The notes under the pieces are model-generated. The model was given only the letters and a program-made list of their open reading frames with translations, was not told where the DNA came from and did no database searches. The position numbers and the translations under genes were made by a program. From NCBI GenBank assembly GCA_010093605.1, contig MU004191.1, positions 604,816 through 668,815 of the forward strand: a DNA stretch of 64,000 nucleotides, written 5' to 3'. Shown piece by piece: positions 35,217 to 47,599 of the stretch (the first letter of the stretch is position 1; each line of letters opens with the position of its first letter). The DNA is from Lophium mytilinum. Taxonomy: Eukaryota.

Positions 35217-37226
35217 CGTGGCCAGGATGTTGAGGAAGACGCGAGTGCACGGCAAATTTCAGAGCTAGACCTGGCAAAGCCCCTCCTTCCGGTTGAATAA
35301 ATGCTGAGAACACTATAGCTGCTTGGCACAGTTTCGTTAGTTTAGTGTATCTATGCTATGTATCTGGTATGGCTAGCATCGTGCAAGGTCGGGGAATCAG
35401 ATTTTGCGTATATTAATTTAAGGTTTTGTCGGCATTTCAAAAGATACGACAGCTCCAATAAGTGTTCATCATGGTAGACCTCTGGCATAACGCGTCCTCG
35501 AGCAGAGACTCGAGGACAAGCTCGCAACGTGGCTGACTTACTTGGGAGGGTATTGCAAGCTGTAGACAGGCTTGAGGCACTGTGCCAATGTGGGAATGAC
35601 TGAGAGCGGGTATTATGTGGACTAAATTATGGAGGATAGATGATGATGGAGGGGATGTTGTGGGAGGTCAGTGTGGAGTTGAGATTTCGTGCCCAAGCTT
35701 GCCCCCGGACGACGCTAGGTCGGAACTCGGAGGCCGGCTGATCACGTGATAGCAATCTCGGCATGCCGTCAACTGGAGTATCCCCGAAGCCGATACTCAA
35801 GGTGGGGGAGGGGCGGTCGAGGGCGGAGATGGTGCTTGTTCCTGGAATCCATAGGGCATTGTGCTATTCACTGTGGGCGGCATGGGCCTGTGGGATCTGC
35901 TCAAAGTCGTAGAAACGCTCCAGTCAGGCTCAACGCCGGCTTCACTTGCTTGCGAAGGGAGACCCTGCCGCTGACCCTGTCGCGATGAATCTGGTGGGCT
36001 GGCTGGCGACGACCTCGGGATGGTTCTTGGGTATTGAGGGGATGCCCGCGCAGCAAGCGTGGAGTTGCTGGTATCAGAGTTGTTGGTATCATCTTGACAA
36101 TGCTCCCCCCGTGCTACCATCCCCCTTTCTCGAGGCCGACCGCATCGCCAGTCAGTGATTTCTTTGTCGATTACAAAGGCGCCGGCGCTGCGGTGCTTGC
36201 CGAAGCGCGGGGCTTGCCCAGGTGTTTCAAGTCGGCCCTAGCACGTCCCTCCAACAGCGGATCTGTAAGATGCAGACGGGCCAACAAGGTGGTCGCAGTG
36301 GTCGCAGGTCGCAGGCCTCCTCCACGCTGTCCAGCCCGTTCTGCTATCCAGCCGTGCGAATTGCGTGCGCGGGCCGCTCCCTGAGCACTCGGGCTTGCTC
36401 AGCATTCACCGACTCAGACGTCGTGGGATGGGAGGACTGCAAATGCGAACTGCCTACTACTGCCCTCTGTCTACTGCCTCCGCGAACAAGCCCACCTGAA
36501 ACGCCAATCGCCCTAGCTCGCCAGTTTATTATTAGAAGAACGCAGTGCAACCACCACACGCCCTCCACGACCACCACCGCTCTCCATCACCGCTCCAAAA
36601 CCAACTCCTACAGCCGTCTGCCCTTCACGACGAAACGGCCTGCTCCTCTTTGCCCCAACTGCTCCTTCGGCACCCCCTCGGCCGCCCAACAGCCTGCCCC
36701 ACGGCGACTGGGCAACTCTAAGCGCCCAGCCATTCCCACCCCCGGCCAGCGCTTCGGGACGGCGGTTTCCCAGCGAATATCCTCATTCCAGCCGCCTGGT
36801 TGTGCGCGCCGCCTGAGTTGCTTGTGCCGGCGCCCTGTCTTCCAGAACTTCTGGCGCTGCTCTTCTATCGATTGGCGATCTCCGTGCCCTATCCCCTCCT
36901 CCGCTTTGCGCCGCGGAGCCTCATCTCACCTACGCCCAACAGACCCAGCCGCCCGTCAGGTACAAGCCTCGACGGGCTGTGCTGTGATTCGAATACTTCA
37001 GCCCGGCATCTGCAGCCTTTGCGCGCGGCCCGCTGCTCGACACCCTCCTCCCGTCCATGACAAGCGCCCCGATCCGTTTGCGCCTTTCCCCCTTCTGAGT
37101 GCGCACTGCAACCTCAGGCGCGCCCCGAGCTGCATAGCGTTGCCCTTCTCGCCGCCTCCCGCTGCATAATTAATACGCCCAGACGCCCATTGTCGCGAAC
37201 TGCTGCACTTCGCGACCGAAAACCGC

Positions 37227-38801
37227 ATGCCCGACCCACCAAACTTCACCTATACACTCTCGGACGGACAAACAGCATCTGAAGAGCCGGAGCGCAGTCA
37301 GGAAAGGGAACACGTCCGCGGACGGCAAGGCCACACAAACATGGCTGCCGTCCTGTCGCCTCACAGCTCGACCTCACCTCCGCCTACTTCCTCTCCCGCC
37401 CCAGCGTTGCCTCCATTAATAACCTCGCCACCCTCCAAGCAGCGTGCTCCCTCGTATGCGAACAAGAGACTGTCGACCTTCTCAAATGCCTCAGCTGCGC
37501 AATCTGTCCGCTCCAGCAGACCACAGTCGACTGTGTTTCCACTCTTCCATTCAAGCTTGCCATACTCCCTAGTGCGCGACTATGCATACGGCCCCCTACA
37601 CCCGCTATTCTACGGCCCGCTACCCGAGCAGCCCTCAGACATCTCCACACCGGCCAGTGAAGTTAGTCGGAGGCTGTCAGATCCACCGCCGGTATGGGAT
37701 GGAGCTCGTGGGAGTTGGTCAGCAGGATCGTGGGAGCCTGGAGAACAGCTGCCGCAGACTTCGTATGCGGACGGGCCTCCATGGAGCGAAGATGAGGACA
37801 TACATAGTCCAGTCGTGACCAGCGCACGTCACAAGAAGCACAAGTCAAACATAGTGGACTTCGACCAGACCCGTGGCCGGAGAGGATTCGATCCTGGACC
37901 ACGAGCGTCCTACTCGGGCACGAACCGTGACGGTAGTCAAATCTACTATGTGAGCGAGCTTGACGAATCAGCCAATGGACCTGGCGGCGAATACATTACA
38001 TATCCTCCCACCAACCAGGAGCAGCCTGCGCCATCGCTTACAGTACCTACCTCAGACTCGCGGCGCGATTCTCATTTTGCAGCCTTGCTTCCTCGCCGTA
38101 CGTATGCCGACGCGGAGTTGGAAGAAGCTCCTGGCTATGCCTCAGACGAAGAGATGTCGGAGACTTCCTCCCCCGAGGAATTTTCTCAAGACGAGAGCCG
38201 CTTCTCGCGCGACTACCAATTCACCATTGCGTCGCCAGAGGAGGAAATGCATGGCAAGGCTGTTGCCTTGTTTGACTTTGCGCGCGAGAACGATAACGAG
38301 CTTCCGCTCGTCGAGGGCCAAGTCATACTTGTGTCCTATCGACACGGACAAGGGTGGCTCGTCGCGCAGGATCCAAAGACAGGCGATACGGGTCTCGTGC
38401 CCGAAGAGTACGTGCGCCTGCTCCGCGACATCGAAGGAGGGTGGAGCGGTTTGATGAACGGTGACGGCGCATCAGCCAACGACATCATGAGCCCCGTATC
38501 TGCTGGCCCAGAGGCCAAAACCCCTACACAAGCTGATCACCGGAGAGACTTGAGCGGCCACAGCGCCATGGGCGAAAAGTACACCCCCGTCATTTCGACT
38601 TTTTCGACGAGTTCGAAGGACCTCCACCGGTATCCGCGGGACTTGCTCGGCACCCCAACGAACGCAGAGGGCAGCCCATTCGCCAGACGCGCAAGCACCA
38701 GTGAAGATATCAAGGGTGGCAAAAAGTCGGACTCGGGGCCCATGGAGGGCTTGGAGGAGACACCAGAGCCCGTGGAGGCGATAAAAGATGAGGCTCGGTG
38801 A
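37227..38801 (+). CDS. NBP2: SH3-domain adaptor, Nbp2-like
   Basis: LVRDYAY..HPL.YG motif and SH3 domain AVALFDFARENDNELPLVEGQVILVSYRHGQGWLVA...TGLVPEEYV. Confidence 0.8.
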   Translation: MPDPPNFTYTLSDGQTASEEPERSQEREHVRGRQGHTNMAAVLSPHSSTSPPPTSSPAPALPPLITSPPSKQRAPSYANKRLSTFSNASAAQSVRSSRPQSTVFPLFHSSLPYSLVRDYAYGPLHPLFYGPLPEQPSDISTPASEVSRRLSDPPPVWDGARGSWSAGSWEPGEQLPQTSYADGPPWSEDEDIHSPVVTSARHKKHKSNIVDFDQTRGRRGFDPGPRASYSGTNRDGSQIYYVSELDESANGPGGEYITYPPTNQEQPAPSLTVPTSDSRRDSHFAALLPRRTYADAELEEAPGYASDEEMSETSSPEEFSQDESRFSRDYQFTIASPEEEMHGKAVALFDFARENDNELPLVEGQVILVSYRHGQGWLVAQDPKTGDTGLVPEEYVRLLRDIEGGWSGLMNGDGASANDIMSPVSAGPEAKTPTQADHRRDLSGHSAMGEKYTPVISTFSTSSKDLHRYPRDLLGTPTNAEGSPFARRASTSEDIKGGKKSDSGPMEGLEETPEPVEAIKDEAR

Positions 38802-39637
38802 CAAATCTTCTCGTCTACTTCTATTACGACGCCACGTTTGGACTCTGATGTTGCATACCTGTGGCTGCATAACGATATAACCGCATTCCGGCGTCTTCGA
38901 GTCGTTTCCCTCGCTCTTGTGGCTAGCCGGTGCTGGCTAACTGAGCGCTCTCTTCAACACATTCACTTCACACACCATGTTTTAACCCTGTTTCAACCTC
39001 CACTTCTCGCGCTTTCTACTAACTCCCTAAGAAGAGCGTTCAAAGCGCATACTCCCTGTTCGCTTCTTGCATCTCGCTGCCCTAAAGACCTCCACTTTCG
39101 ACTGCCCCGTTTTATGTGAAGTCAGATCTTCACCTTTTTGTTTTTGCTTTCTTGAATGCTGTTTTTAGCGATGGAGGGGCAGTGTGTTATGCCGGATCAC
39201 GAATCTCTGTTGCTGTTTGTCTGTCTGTCCGACGCAGAAGGTGGTTTCACGCACGCTATGCGGGACATGATAGGAGGGATGATCTTGGATCGATGGATCG
39301 ATAAACTTGGGCTGCATTTGACGGAAGCGGTCTGCGCTGCCTACGTACTTGTGGCATGGGGATATGGACGTCGTAGTGTGTATTTGTGGTCAACTGAGCG
39401 CCTCTGCTAAGTGGGGCTGCTCGAAAAAGAAACAAGTTCATCTCTCCATATTGTTGTCTCTCGCAGTACTTTTTCATCGTGCATGCTGTATTCGTTACTT
39501 TCCGCTGGTGAAACATGTTGGTGCACGTTGGTATAGGGTCCTCGGGCTCTTCCACCGATAGTGCGGTGAAATGGTAGTCGAGGGCACGTTGATGAAGGGT
39601 ATATATTTCAGGTTATTTTGGCCACCTATCACTAACA

Positions 39638-39890
39638 AGCAGGTTTACCAAGTTGGTCCCGCTCTCCCTCCGAGCCCGATGCACCGCCCCTCACCAACCG
39701 AGCCGGCCGACGCCTTCGCCAACTCGAGGAACCCTGGGTTCGAATCCCACCTCGAGAATTAGCCATTACGGTACATGCAATAAGCGTCGATTGATACGTG
39801 AGTATGTGAACCGGGCTACGGAGTAAACCCTCGTTGGGTTTCTACACCTTCCATCGGGAAGGTGGTCTTTTGCTCTTTTAATCTTTTTTT
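39638..39890 (+). ncRNA. Candidate RNA polymerase III-transcribed structured ncRNA of unknown class
   Basis: TATATATT 39600-39607; A-box-like TTTACCAAGTTGG 39644-39656; perfect B box GGTTCGAATCC 39737-39747; several nested helices; T7 run 39884-39890. Confidence 0.55.
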
Positions 39891-40218
39891 GGTCTCTGTA
39901 TCGTTGTATCGCAGAGGCTGCCAATCAACACAAGCCTCTTCGCCTTCTTTGTTCCTCTAGCACCGTGTCCCAACTTTTACATCCTGATCTAGGCACGAGG
40001 CCGCGCAAGTTACTCAAGAATCTCCCAAACCATACTTAGCAGAGGCCTGATATCGAGCATAACACATGTAAAATCTAGACCCAGGCTAGTAGGAATGCCA
40101 TCGCAGTAGCACTCCCTGCTGGTTTCCCAGAACTACGCAACCAGCAACCCAACACCCTCACAAACCGCAGCACGACATCCCCAGCACGCCATCCCACCCT
40201 CCCAGAACCATCACCATG

Positions 40219-40937
40219 CTATTCCTCCTCTAGCACTAACATCCTCTCCACCCTCCTCACCTTCTCCACCCACTCCCCATCTACCACTCCCCCCTGCTCC
40301 AGATGCCTCTCCCCCAACTTCCTCACAATCGCCGCCGTCTTCTCCCACATCTCCTGCTCCACTGGGTAGGTGGCCAGTACTGGGTGGGTAACTCCCTCCT
40401 CAATCCTCCTCCGCCACCCCTCCATCACCCCCTCGACCTCCCAAGCCTCTTTCCGCCACCACACCTCCGCCTCCTCCACGCTCTCCCGCGCCATCCACTC
40501 CCGCCACCCCATCGTGTGGTAGAACAGCAGGTCCCTCCCATTCCGCGCCGCCGTGCGCGCACCGCTTTCTCCACCACACTGCTCGGCAGCGTGACGCCAA
40601 GGTGCGCGTGGACGAGCTGCTGCAGGAGAGCGATTTGGGGCGCGGACCAGGTGGTCGGGCCTTGGTTGATGTTGGTGTTTTGGTTGTTGGCTGGGTTGTG
40701 GAAGCGGAAGCGGGTTGGGCCCGTGGGGTGGAGGCGGGGCAGCCGGTGAAGGTGCGCGCGGCGAGGGAGAGGCAGGCGATGAGGGGGTTCTGGGGAGCGA
40801 GGTCAGTAGAGGGTGGAGAGAGACGGCGGAGTGGCTTACTGGTGCTTCTTTGGGGTCGCAGGATGCGAAGTTTGGGGGGCGTTTGAGGGGGAGAGGGGGG
40901 TCGGAGGGGGTTGTTGAGGCTGTGTGAGGTTTTCCAT
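40219..40937 (-). pseudogene. Orphan gene with apparent frameshifts (pseudogene or assembly errors)
   Basis: Canonical intron 40839-40790 (GTAAGC..CTGAC..CAG). Protein-like segments lie in different frames, separated at a C-run (~40890) and a GCGCGC run (~40557). Confidence 0.4.
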
Positions 40938-41647
40938 CTTGTGCGAGAGGTTGTTGGAAAGTGGGTTTCTGTGAGGGTGGTGCGCGTGAGAAGGAGTTAA
41001 GAGCAGAAATTGTGAGAGGTGGGTGAAGTGCTATGACGACGGTAAGATTCGTCTCTAACTTAAAGCCTCATGCGATTTAACAGGTGCTAGAGGAGATAAC
41101 AAAGACGAGGAGGCTTCTTTAGCTTAGCTTTAATTTGAAGGTGATTTACGCTCCCGAAGCCTTCACATTTTACCTCTTAAATCATGCATAGGCATGAGGG
41201 GCCTGGAGGGGCTTAGTCGGCGAGTAAAAAGCACGGAAATGAAGTCTCACTTTAGAGTGTACAGCTACAAGGTGACATCATGGATCAAGATACACTGTTC
41301 TGCCACTGATTGGGGTGCTCCAATATGTTTTCGGTAATCTGAAGCGACTAACAGCATGGCTCAATGCGTACATCCCTTCGCCACTGCCTGAGGTGACCCG
41401 GCAAGCTTACCTATTGTTCCAATCAGCAAAGTCTGGTAATTCTAGAAATCATTGAGGAGCTTCAAACAGCGGCAGACAGAGTGCAAAAACCTCAGTATCA
41501 CGGCGTTAGATGAAAGACACGTATTTGTGAGATCAATTCCTAGCCTATAATAACTGCATCCATCTAAACTCTAGATTCTCAAACATTGACCAAAAGCACC
41601 TAGAAAACGTTGACTCCCTCTCCAATCGCTACACCAGCTCGGAGTTT

Positions 41648-42346
41648 CTACCAGCCCCCAAGGTCCCTCACGGGGTTCACCGGTGTAGCCGTCAACCCCA
41701 ACCCCAACGGCTCCCAAGTGTAAGGTTCCCGCCACTCGGTCGCCTCCGGCACCACCTGCGGCCTCTGTTCCGAGGGAGAGGACTCCCGCAGGTACCGAAT
41801 TCCCTCTTGAATACGGCTCCGAATCTCCTCTTGAATACGGCTGATTGGCACCACCTGCGGCCTCTGTTCCGAGGGAGAGGACTCCCGAAGGTACCGAGTC
41901 TCCTCCTGAATACGGCGGATTAGATCATCATCCTCATCATCATCATAAACTTCTTCTTCGTCCTCTTCCGCCGAAAACGACTCCGGCTCCTGCTCCATCA
42001 TCACCAGCATCTCCTCCACGCTCACATCATACACATACTCGTACATCTCCGCCCAGAAGTTGTCGTTGTTCTGCAAAATCTGCGCAAACAGCCTTAGAAT
42101 CGTTAATTCATCCAAGTCGTCGAAGCCGGGGACGGGGCCGCCAGCCAGGGAGTCGAACATTAGGTCGATGATGTCGAAGTATTTCGCGGACACGCCCATC
42201 CGCGCGGCGAAGTTGTCACGGGTGAGAGAGGCTAGGAAGAGGGCCTCGTTGTTGGCGTAGCCGGCTTCGATACTTTCCACCGCGATGAGAGTGGACATCA
42301 TTTTGGAGATGCCAGTGCAGAGGATCACGTCGTAGGCGGTCTCCAT
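41648..42346 (-). CDS. Orphan acidic protein with internal 33-aa duplication
   Basis: ATG in AAAATGG context at 42346, ~232 aa; IQE..RYLRESSPSEQRPQVVP occurs twice with a 99-nt period. Confidence 0.6.
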   Translation of the reverse strand: METAYDVILCTGISKMMSTLIAVESIEAGYANNEALFLASLTRDNFAARMGVSAKYFDIIDLMFDSLAGGPVPGFDDLDELTILRLFAQILQNNDNFWAEMYEYVYDVSVEEMLVMMEQEPESFSAEEDEEEVYDDDEDDDLIRRIQEETRYLRESSPSEQRPQVVPISRIQEEIRSRIQEGIRYLRESSPSEQRPQVVPEATEWREPYTWEPLGLGLTATPVNPVRDLGGW

Positions 42347-45300
42347 TTTGGTAGTTGGGTTTGGTGGTTTTGGTGGTTTTGTGAGTGTTGTGAGTGTTGT
42401 GAGTGCTTGAGTGTTTGAGTGTGCTTGAAGGGTTTGTGGCTTGGTTTTCAAGTGCTTGAGAGTACTGGAGAGTGCTTGACCGTTGCGTAAGTGCTTGAGC
42501 GGCTTTGGAAGTATGTGAGTAAGTGTACGAAGGAAGATGTCTAGGACGAGAGGACAGCTCGTATTTGTAGTAGTGCGCTCTGATGCGCTCTGATGGCTCA
42601 ATTTGTCTTTTTGGTAGCGAAAACCCATTTCCGTGGTTGTCCATTATCGCTCTGATTTTGCACGATGAAGCCGTTCCATGGTTCGTAAGATCGAGAACAT
42701 CGTCTTGGCGGTACGAACAGCATTAAGAGAATTTGCTATTGCTTCTATAAGAGTTTTATTGCACTAAGATATGCGGTCGTACCCTATGAGTACGTGGCTG
42801 CAACTTAAGGACGTTCCATATATCATGTAGTGGATTGGTGCGGAAATGCTTCATCAGGAGTAATCCTACGTCTAGAAGAGACCCAGCCACGTATTACACT
42901 CGCAACCGTAGATCTTAGTACTACGATGATCATTTCAAGTTGAAGCGAGCCACTTCGGGCTTCTTCGGCGTAGTGCAACTTGAACGAGTTCGTTGCTTCC
43001 AGTTCCCGATCAAAGACCCCAAGCGGCGTTTGGTACTTTTCTTTCGATTGAAATTTTGCAGGCTCTTGGTGACGGAGGGCTGCTTGTAAGCTATACAAAT
43101 TCAGCTGTCCTCGAAATCACCGACTTTTTCTTGCGGCTCAGTGGACATGTTTGTAGATTTCGGGGACTGGTAGTCCTTGAAAAGGGGTAAAGGGCACCAA
43201 GAACAGTGACAAGCTGCTATTGCCACACTGTATCAACAAGATTCTACGCATAGTCAAGAGCAAACCAAGTATATTTTGATCTCTGTCAGGTCTTATAATT
43301 TGTTTATGTTCGTCACGGAGCTTTCAAATCAGCCGTGAGCAAACAAGTTTTTGGTGGCCCTTTCGACCCTGCGGGAGTGCTTCGACCTACTTTTTGATGT
43401 TCCAAGACCCCTGCCGTTTACCTCGATCCCGCTTCATATCCTAGTATCTTCCGTCTCAAGTCTCATGAGGCTTCTCGCTTAGCCGTCGCGAGTCCTGCCC
43501 TTACTGCTGTCCTTCTGCGTCACCACCTAGCAACCAGTGCCCTCAATAATACCGCTCTCCAACAAGACCGCTCTCAGATGCAAACCGCCGGCTCCACGAC
43601 TTTCCGCCAGATTCCACCAGATTCCATTGCCAAGGCATTAGCCACTAGCCCACTCACAGTCAAAGTACAAATACTCGCCGGCCGCCCCTCCGTCGTCCTT
43701 CGCTCCAACAACAATCACCACAACAGAGAGAGGAGAGCTGACTGGGCTTCGCGATGGAAGCTGGGTCCGCTCTGGGTCATCACACTAACCTTCACCAAGT
43801 CTCTTCGCGTCTTCGACATCTCACCGACCATCTCACCAATGTTTTGAATGTGCACCGCCTAGTGGCACAAGAGGATACTTTTTTGTAAGTCCCACCCACC
43901 ACCTCCTCTTCCGCCCTACCTTCGCCAACAGCACCTCTAGACCTCGGAGAGGCTCCGGCTTCAAGGTCTGTCAACCCATCCATCTCTCTTCTACTGACAG
44001 TGCGAAATCATCTCTCCTATGGGCGAGCAGCCTTTCTCGATCCAAGTCGACATTTTGGGGCCTCAAAACCTCAAGCCGCGCGCTGGCCAGCGCCTTGTGG
44101 AGATTCTTACCCACCTGTGGAGTTTCTAACCCAGCGGAACTACAAGGAGGCGTGTGGATTGTTCGATGATGGCTACTAGTGTCGCTCATTACTGCCTATG
44201 TTCAATAAACCTAATCTTAAAAAGCCGTAAGGTATGTCACGCATTCAGATAGCTTGTCCATGCGAATCGTACTAATCAAGACATCGTCAGACTCCTTCTC
44301 CAGGAACCTAGTCAAAACTCTCTGAGGGATAGAGGTTTTCGCCTTTGCTTTCCGGCACTGGACATTTCTCTGGAGGCTTGGGGATGACGGATTGGCTGCG
44401 GACCCCTTCGACTTGAGATTGGATCTTCGACATCTTTGTAAGTGCTCCCGCTCCCTCCTCGGTGGTGCAGTCCAGGCAGCTCTCTCTCTCTTGGTTTGGT
44501 AGTTGTAGTTTTTGTATATAGCCAATGCAGATTCCTCTTCATCATTCTTGTCTTCTACTTGATGTGACTTCCCTTTAAGTAAACATGATCATCTTCGCCT
44601 TCGCCTCTACCAAACATCCTCGATTCTTCATTCATTTGTGCCCCATCCTCGACCAAACGTGCCTTTGCCTTTACCAAACCATACTACCGCTGCTTCCATC
44701 CTCCCTCCTCCGCGCTCGTGTTACACCCATGCTCCCCCAATACTCCGCAGAGCGCATCGTATACTCGCCGGCTCCGACGCCCACCTGAATGCCACCACAC
44801 CGCAGCGCCGCAGCTAACAGCGCGCAACCAACCTAGTTCGCCGGGGCCTCATGCCTGAATCAGGGGATATCCAGCCACACGAGAAAGCAAGATCAGGGAA
44901 TGGATAACATCCTTGAACGCTACAACGAAGTCTATCGAGGTGGAACATGCAGCACTCTTTCTCTTCCCCCTCCTCTCTGCCTACTCTTCCGCAGGGCGCA
45001 TCCTTCCCGCCTCGCGCGCAGCCTTGCCGTTTACTCTGCAGCCCTTCTTTCCCTTCGCCTCCTCTCTGCTTGCTCCATCAGGTGCCATCGCCATTTACTT
45101 TGGGAGCAGGCGGGTACTCCCCACCACGCCGAGCTCGCACGAAACCCGTCCTCGTGTCGATCCACACTCGCCATCACCATAAAACAAAAACAGAGAGTCC
45201 ACCACGCCGAACGACAAAGTCACCGCCAGTACTTTCGCCCAACCAGCTTGCCCCATCCTCGTAGTAGTACACAGTCGCCCTCTGTATTCTGAGAAGATGG

Positions 45301-46124
45301 GCTTTTGCTAGCCATCCTCCATCAGTCAATCTTCGCCCGTTCCCGCGCGTACGTACATGCGAGAAGCGGAGGGGAAGGAACACTGGACGGAAAATACTGG
45401 GAGTGTGGGTAGAGGGTAAGGTAAGGAGAGAAGGGGATGAGGAGGAGACGGTGGCGGGAAGAAGGTGGAGGTGGCGCTAGGAAGGAGAGGAGAGAGATAG
45501 TGCGCCGGGAAGAGGCGGTAGCGGAGATTGGGGCGTAGGGAAGGGATGAGGGTTGAAGGTGGATGTGAAAAACAAATTGAAGATGGAGAAGGACGGCTAG
45601 TTGTGGTGCTTTGCTGGAGTTCGGAGGATGTCACGTTTGAGGCTTTCCGCGGGCTGAATTCCTCGTGTACCTTCAAAGATTTGTAAAGAATTGAGACCCA
45701 TGCTCTCGTCGAAAGGTGCACGTTGGGATGACAGCTAACAAGACACATAACCTCTTACACATACACGATTTTGTATTAGATACAACTGATCCCAAGGAGC
45801 GGACGACGAGAGGGGCCAAGCACCTGACCCTCCCCATCGGCATTACTCCAACCCGCAACCATTTTTCAGAAAGGAAAAAGAAGGTCGATAAAGGACGCCG
45901 AAGAACCCACCCCCGACCCAGCACACTGATGCAGATGCGAAAAGGAAAGAAGGCCACCACCTCGACGAGAGGACACACACAGCAAAGCAACAGCACGCTC
46001 AAGATCGCCAACTCAACGCTCACGTAAACCACCCCTTTCTTCTCGTCTTTCTCTACACTCCGCTTTGAGATTACCGCCTTTTCAGGGAATCAATAGAATA
46101 AGCACATGAACATTAATCCACCTC

Positions 46125-47599
46125 TCAAATCACCAATAGTCCCAAAACCGCCACCACGACGGCGAACCCGCTCCCACCCATCCCTAGCCTAGCCTCCTTA
46201 AAGCTCGCAGCGCCACTGTTCCCACCACCGTTGCCGTTCCCACCCTGGTTGAAACCACCGTTCCCTGTCGCAGCAGCAGTCGCAGCCGCCGTGCCGGCCG
46301 CCGTCCCCCCCGCAACGCTGGTCGCCGACTCGCCCGCGGACACGGAGCTGCTAACGTTGTCGTTCCCGCGGTTGCCGCCACCGCTCATACCAGGGACGGT
46401 CTCCTGGGTCGGCTTCGGCGCGTTGCTGCTGCTCTTGCCCGACGCCTTGGCATTAGGATCGTACTTCGGGTTCTCGCCCGTCGCATAGAAGGACGCAAGG
46501 ATCATCTCGTCGTCCGAGATCTGGACCGTGTTGTTGGTGCCGGCGGCGTCGGTGTACTTGTACGAGTTCTTGCCCTTGATCTGGGCCATTGGGGGTGGGT
46601 CGTAGCAATCGACCGAGACCTCCTCGACCATGGCGTAGTAGTACCCGTTTTGCATGAAGGGCGAGCTCCAGGAGATTTCGCCGCCGGCCCAGTCAATGGT
46701 GCCCTGGTCGTTGGTGGGCAGGCCGGCGGGCCAGAGCGACAGCATGATGCGCGAAGGGGTTTGGGGGTAGTCGAAGCGGTTGGAGGTGGCGTTCCAGGTG
46801 TCGGAGCGCTTGACGGTGCGCATGTCGTTGCCGTCGATGGACCAGGTGAGGGTGTCGGGCTTCCAGTCGACGCAGTACTCGTGCACGTTTTCGTTGGTGT
46901 TGGAGACGGTTAGGTTTTCCATGTTGTGGTCTAGAAATAGTCAGTTTTTGATCATGTAAGAATTGACTATGGGATCGTACAGTTGGTGACGCCCTGGGAG
47001 TAGTAGTTGGATTGGGCCTTCTGCAGTTCCACGCCGATAAACTCAAAATCGATTTCGTCTCGCACGCCGGACATCATGATGAAGGCTGTGACGACACCTG
47101 CACCGCCGCTGGTGGTCATCTTGGTGCATATCTTTCCGTACCAGACGTAGTGTGAGGATTCGAGGAGTGTGCCGACCGTGTCCTGGGCCATGGTCAAGAG
47201 CAGCGCGTCGTTGTAGACTACAGGCGTTCCTGTTGCCACCCAGTTGACGCTCGAAGCATCGCCGAGATACTTGTCAATGGCCATGACATCGTCGAGAGAC
47301 TTGAGCTTATAGTCCTGGCTCTGGCATGTGGGACCGGGCACGCAGGAGTCGAGGGTGTGGGAGAAGAGGGGATCGCACCCGCCGAGGCAGTAGGCGCCAA
47401 CACCGCATTGTCCGTATACTGTGGAAAAGGTGTTAATAGAGCAGAGAGAGGGGGTCCTGAAGAAGAGATGCGACTTACGCGAACAGCAAGGTGAATCTGC
47501 CGGGCAAGGGCTGCCAGGACCGCACTTTGCAGCGTCGGCGTTGACGAGTGAAGAAGAGAGAACAGCTGCCAGGGCAGCGATGGCCAGGGACCGCATCAT
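46125..47599 (-). CDS. UTR2: GH16 Crh-family chitin transglycosylase with CBM18 domain and GPI signal (Utr2/Crh2-like), 3 exons
   Basis: Signal peptide; CG...CP...PCCS..GQCG.G..CLGGCDP; catalytic DEIDFE; YPQTPSRIMLSLWPAG; GTIDWAGG; hydrophobic C-terminus. Confidence 0.92.

Noticed and set aside
36222..37169. 315-aa ORF in frame with and upstream of the NBP2-like gene
   Set aside because: Non-ATG start, P/R/S/C-rich composition typical of a GC-rich UTR, and it ends at a TAA; no evidence for readthrough.
39723..39757. tRNA gene suggested by GGTTCGAATCCC
   Set aside because: No D arm or anticodon arm can be folded, and the acceptor-like partner lies immediately upstream. Kept only as part of the ncRNA candidate.
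39760..39770. SRP RNA on the - strand (CCGTAATGGCT resembles the fungal Alu motif)
   Set aside because: No helix 8 GNRA/SRP54 motif downstream, and the B box and terminator are oriented for the + strand.
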